DNA from: Nitrososphaeraceae archaeon | GTDB lineage: Archaea; Thermoproteota; Nitrososphaeria; Nitrososphaerales; Nitrososphaeraceae | Length of the DNA stretch: 64,000 bases | Assembly: GCA_035297365.1 (NCBI GenBank) | Contig: DATGZA010000014.1 | Span: 128,001-192,000, forward strand | Direction: 5' to 3' | Shown here: in pieces, positions 60,821-64,000 of the stretch | Position numbering within the stretch: the stretch's first letter is position 1 | How the letters are laid out: the number at the start of each line of letters is the position of its first letter | Made by a program: the position numbers and the translations under genes | Notes under the pieces: model-generated | Database searches by the model: none | What the model saw: only the letters and a program-made list of their open reading frames with translations | Told to the model about the DNA's origin: nothing

Positions 60821-61999
60821 TTAATTATTAATATTTTCCTCCATATTTTCTAAAGCAGTTAGAAGAAGTTCATTTTCGCTACGAGTTTTTACTGCAATTC
60901 TGATAAACTCATTTGACATTCCTCTAAAACTGCTACAGTCACGAACCAAGATACCATTATTTTTCAACAATTCTTCTTTGTACCATGTAGAATCCTTATT
61001 TTTTAACTTGATCAATAAAAAATTAGCATCTGAATTATATGCGACCAAACCCTTCATTTTTTCTCTTATTGTTTTCAAGATCCGAATTTTCTCTTTTTCT
61101 ATTATTTTTTTAGCTCTCACTAAGTGATCTTGATCATTAAGTGCTTCTATTCCTGCAATTTGAGCGACACCATTTACATTCCATGCAATTTGATTCAAGT
61201 TTATTTTTGTTATTAAATTAGGATTTGCAACTAAATAACCTAGTCGCAAACCAGCTAAACCAAATGACTTAGTCATAGATCTTAATATTATTAGATTATC
61301 AGATTCCATCACGTATGGAATCATTGAATTTATTTCATAATTTTTTACAAATTCTATAAAACTTTCATCAATTAATACTAATGTTGACTTGTTCTTTGCC
61401 ACTTTCATAATTTTTTTAATTATTTCTACTGGGGTTAATCTACCAGTAGGGTTATTAGGATTGCAAAGGAATAAGATATTCTTGTTTCTTTTTTTCAGTT
61501 TTTTGATCATGAGATCATTATCAATTTGAAAATTTTCTAATGGATCAATAAAATCAATTTTTAAATCCATTCTCCTAACTGCCAATTCATATTCGCAAAA
61601 GGTAGGAATTGGAATGAATGCTTTATACGGAAATGTTCTAACAAATTGATGTATTAGTTCCGTAGCTCCATTTCCGACTGTAATACATTCAGGAAGGATA
61701 TTATAATTTAAATATTTTGAAATTCTTCTTCTTAATTCTCTACATTTTGGATCTGGATATGTGATTGAAACATTTCTAATATTCTGCGATATCATGCTTA
61801 ATACTTTTCTTGAAATTCCGAGAGGATTGATATTTGAACTAAAATCTATTCTTATTTCCTGATTATTATCTGTCGAGTATAATCCTCCATGAGTACATGA
61901 ATCTAATCTTTTAAATTCAGTTTGATTATTTTTATAAGAATTCTCTCGACCATAGTTGGGCTTTATCAAATCTCTGATGAACAAGATTGATATTTCCAA
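60821..61999 (-). CDS. cobD: threonine-phosphate decarboxylase
   Basis: HGG, DFSSNINPLG, CNPNNPTG, DESF, SMTK.FGLAGLRLGY; in the cob cluster; start uncertain. Confidence 0.88.
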   Translation of the reverse strand: MEISILFIRDLIKPNYGRENSYKNNQTEFKRLDSCTHGGLYSTDNNQEIRIDFSSNINPLGISRKVLSMISQNIRNVSITYPDPKCRELRRRISKYLNYNILPECITVGNGATELIHQFVRTFPYKAFIPIPTFCEYELAVRRMDLKIDFIDPLENFQIDNDLMIKKLKKRNKNILFLCNPNNPTGRLTPVEIIKKIMKVAKNKSTLVLIDESFIEFVKNYEINSMIPYVMESDNLIILRSMTKSFGLAGLRLGYLVANPNLITKINLNQIAWNVNGVAQIAGIEALNDQDHLVRAKKIIEKEKIRILKTIREKMKGLVAYNSDANFLLIKLKNKDSTWYKEELLKNNGILVRDCSSFRGMSNEFIRIAVKTRSENELLLTALENMEENINN

Positions 62000-62067
62000 G
62001 CATGTAAATACTTTTTTTGCTTGAATAACGATTATTAGATCGTTATTATTTATTTAATTGCTGTAAT

Positions 62068-63144
62068 ATGTTAAAAGTAGCGTTAATAGGTTCTACCGGT
62101 GCAGTTGGACAAGAATTTGTAGTAGCACTTGCAAACCATCCTTGGTTTGAATTACAGGATATAGCCTCATCTGAAAGATCAGCAGGAAAAAAATATATCG
62201 ATGCCATTAGAGACCAAAACACAGGTATACTAAAATGGCATAACAAAGAACAAGTTCCAGATTATATTAAAGAGAAAGTTGTAAGTAAGGTTGATGACAT
62301 AGATCCTAAAAATTATGATCTTGTTTTTACTGCGTTAGAATCATCTGACGCACAAATAATTGAGCCAAAAATGGCTGAAATAACTCCGGTTATAAGTACA
62401 GCTGCTGCTTTCAGATATCAAGACGATGTTCCAATATTGATTCCAGGGATTAATGATGAACATGTAGAATTATTGAATATTCAAAAGAAAAACAGACAAT
62501 GGAAAGGGTTTGTGTGTCCGCTACCTAATTGTACGACCACCGGTTTGGCAATTTCTCTGAAACCTATATTAGACAATTTTGGCATCGAAAGTATTTTTAT
62601 GACTTCAATGCAAGCTCTTTCTGGAGCTGGAAGGTCTCCTGGAGTTGCTGCTTTAGATATAATAGACAATGTCATACCATTTATTCCAAAAGAAGAAGAA
62701 AAGGTGCAAGTAGAAACCAAAAAGATTCTTGGATCCCTTACAGATAGTTCTATATCTCCTTCAACAGTTAAGGTTAGTTGTACTTGTACTAGAGTACCTG
62801 TTTTAGATGGCCATACAGAAGCAGTATTTGTGGAAACAAAAACTCCTGTTGATCCAGAACAAGTAAAACAAGCAATGATCAATTTTTCAAATTCTGTCAA
62901 ACTCAGCGGATTACCGTCATCACCAAAGCAATACATAATAGTTCATGATGACCCTACTAGACCTCAACCCAGAATCGATAGGGAAATCAATGATGGAATG
63001 ACTACATTTGTTGGAAGATTACGAAAGGATACTGTATTTGACAATGGAGTTAAGTATGTCCTTTTATCTCACAATGAAAAGATGGGTTCAGCAAAAGGTG
63101 CAATACTATTAGCTGAATTGCTAAAATCTAAGAATATGATCTAG
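62068..63144 (+). CDS. asd: aspartate-semialdehyde dehydrogenase (archaeal type)
   Basis: GSTGAVGQ, PNCTT, QALSGAG, RVPVLDGH, RPQPR. Confidence 0.93.
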   Translation: MLKVALIGSTGAVGQEFVVALANHPWFELQDIASSERSAGKKYIDAIRDQNTGILKWHNKEQVPDYIKEKVVSKVDDIDPKNYDLVFTALESSDAQIIEPKMAEITPVISTAAAFRYQDDVPILIPGINDEHVELLNIQKKNRQWKGFVCPLPNCTTTGLAISLKPILDNFGIESIFMTSMQALSGAGRSPGVAALDIIDNVIPFIPKEEEKVQVETKKILGSLTDSSISPSTVKVSCTCTRVPVLDGHTEAVFVETKTPVDPEQVKQAMINFSNSVKLSGLPSSPKQYIIVHDDPTRPQPRIDREINDGMTTFVGRLRKDTVFDNGVKYVLLSHNEKMGSAKGAILLAELLKSKNMI

Positions 63145-63228
63145 AATGGTGGACATTTCTTTAATTTTAAGATATAAATATCAAAACATAGAATCAGTTA
63201 TGACATAACACGAGTTGAGAGTTAAACT

Positions 63229-64000
63229 GTGATTCGACAAGTAACATTAGGAAAAAAAGTAAAAAATTATTATGAATTAACAAAACCAAAAATATGGTAT
63301 TTGTTGGTTTTTACTGCTTTCGGATCCGCTCTTACTGCTTCTTTCCTATTTGATATCCCGATTAGTGTTGTGACGTGGATTCTGTTATTAGGTGGAGTGG
63401 CAGCAGGTTCTGCTGCAGCAGATACTCTAACTGGTTATAACGATAGGGATATTGATGCAATAATGGAAAGAACAAAAGACAGACCTATTCCATCAGGAAG
63501 AATTTCCCCCAAGAATGCTTTAATATTTGGTTTAATTTTAATGTCAATCTCTTTGGTATTTTCTTGGTTCATAAATATCTGGGCATTTATTCTGATGATA
63601 TTCGGTCTTTTTGATAACATAATAATTTACAGTAAATGGTTAAAAAGACGGAGTCAGTCAAATATTATTCTAGGTGGATTTTCAGGAGCGGCCCCCGCTC
63701 TAATAGGATATCTTGCTGTAACTACACAGAGTATTGAGATAGGTCTGGTAATGGCAGCTCTGGTATTTTTGTGGATACCAACGCATATTTGGAGTCTTGC
63801 TTTGCATGTGAAAAAAGATTATCAAAAGGCAAAGGTTCCAATGTTACCGGTAGTATCAGATGAGAAAACATCAGTCAGGATTATTGCCGCAACTACTGTA
63901 ATGATGATATTTTTTAGTATTCTGCCGTTTTTCTTTAATCAATTTGGTTTAATATATTTGATCACCACAAGTGTATTTGGAGCAGTAATGATGGCACTCT
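63229..64000 (+). CDS. ctaB: protoheme IX farnesyltransferase (partial, runs off the window)
   Basis: Manual translation from GTG 63229: YYELTKPKIW, DRDIDAIMERTKDRPIPSG, WIPTHIWSLAL..KKDY..A.VPMLP. Confidence 0.95.
   Translation, partial: MIRQVTLGKKVKNYYELTKPKIWYLLVFTAFGSALTASFLFDIPISVVTWILLLGGVAAGSAAADTLTGYNDRDIDAIMERTKDRPIPSGRISPKNALIFGLILMSISLVFSWFINIWAFILMIFGLFDNIIIYSKWLKRRSQSNIILGGFSGAAPALIGYLAVTTQSIEIGLVMAALVFLWIPTHIWSLALHVKKDYQKAKVPMLPVVSDEKTSVRIIAATTVMMIFFSILPFFFNQFGLIYLITTSVFGAVMMAL

Noticed and set aside
5216-63620. Many 60-150-aa ORFs antisense to or nested in recognised genes (e.g. 7110-7574, 13359-13769, 62481-62936)
   Set aside because: Shadow frames of well-supported genes with no motifs

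Overview
Low-GC archaeal chromosome segment. The gene content points to an ammonia-oxidising archaeon (Nitrososphaerales, Nitrosocosmicus-like; inferred, not searched): TFB, Sec61beta, aCPSF1, Cdc6, archaeal ribosomal proteins, the PoK/PPS CoA pathway, cofC/cofD and a cob/cbi cluster next to asd. From about 4.6 kb to the end it is mostly core genome with one tRNA-Val(CAC), a decayed IS5-like transposase relic (about 15.9-16.2 kb) and a few AT-rich gaps. The first 4.45 kb is accessory and looks like the end of an integrated virus or plasmid. It holds small Zn-finger and secreted ORFs plus two copies of an unannotated ribbon-helix-helix-like gene. Both copies carry the same in-frame TGA inside a 106-bp perfectly identical block. 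A third RHH gene lies on the opposite strand. At the boundary with the core genome is a stretch of about 500 nt (about 3910-4435) that folds by eye into dense nested helices with + strand G-U pairs, a candidate undescribed large structured ncRNA. All family calls come from motif recognition; no searches or folding programs were run.
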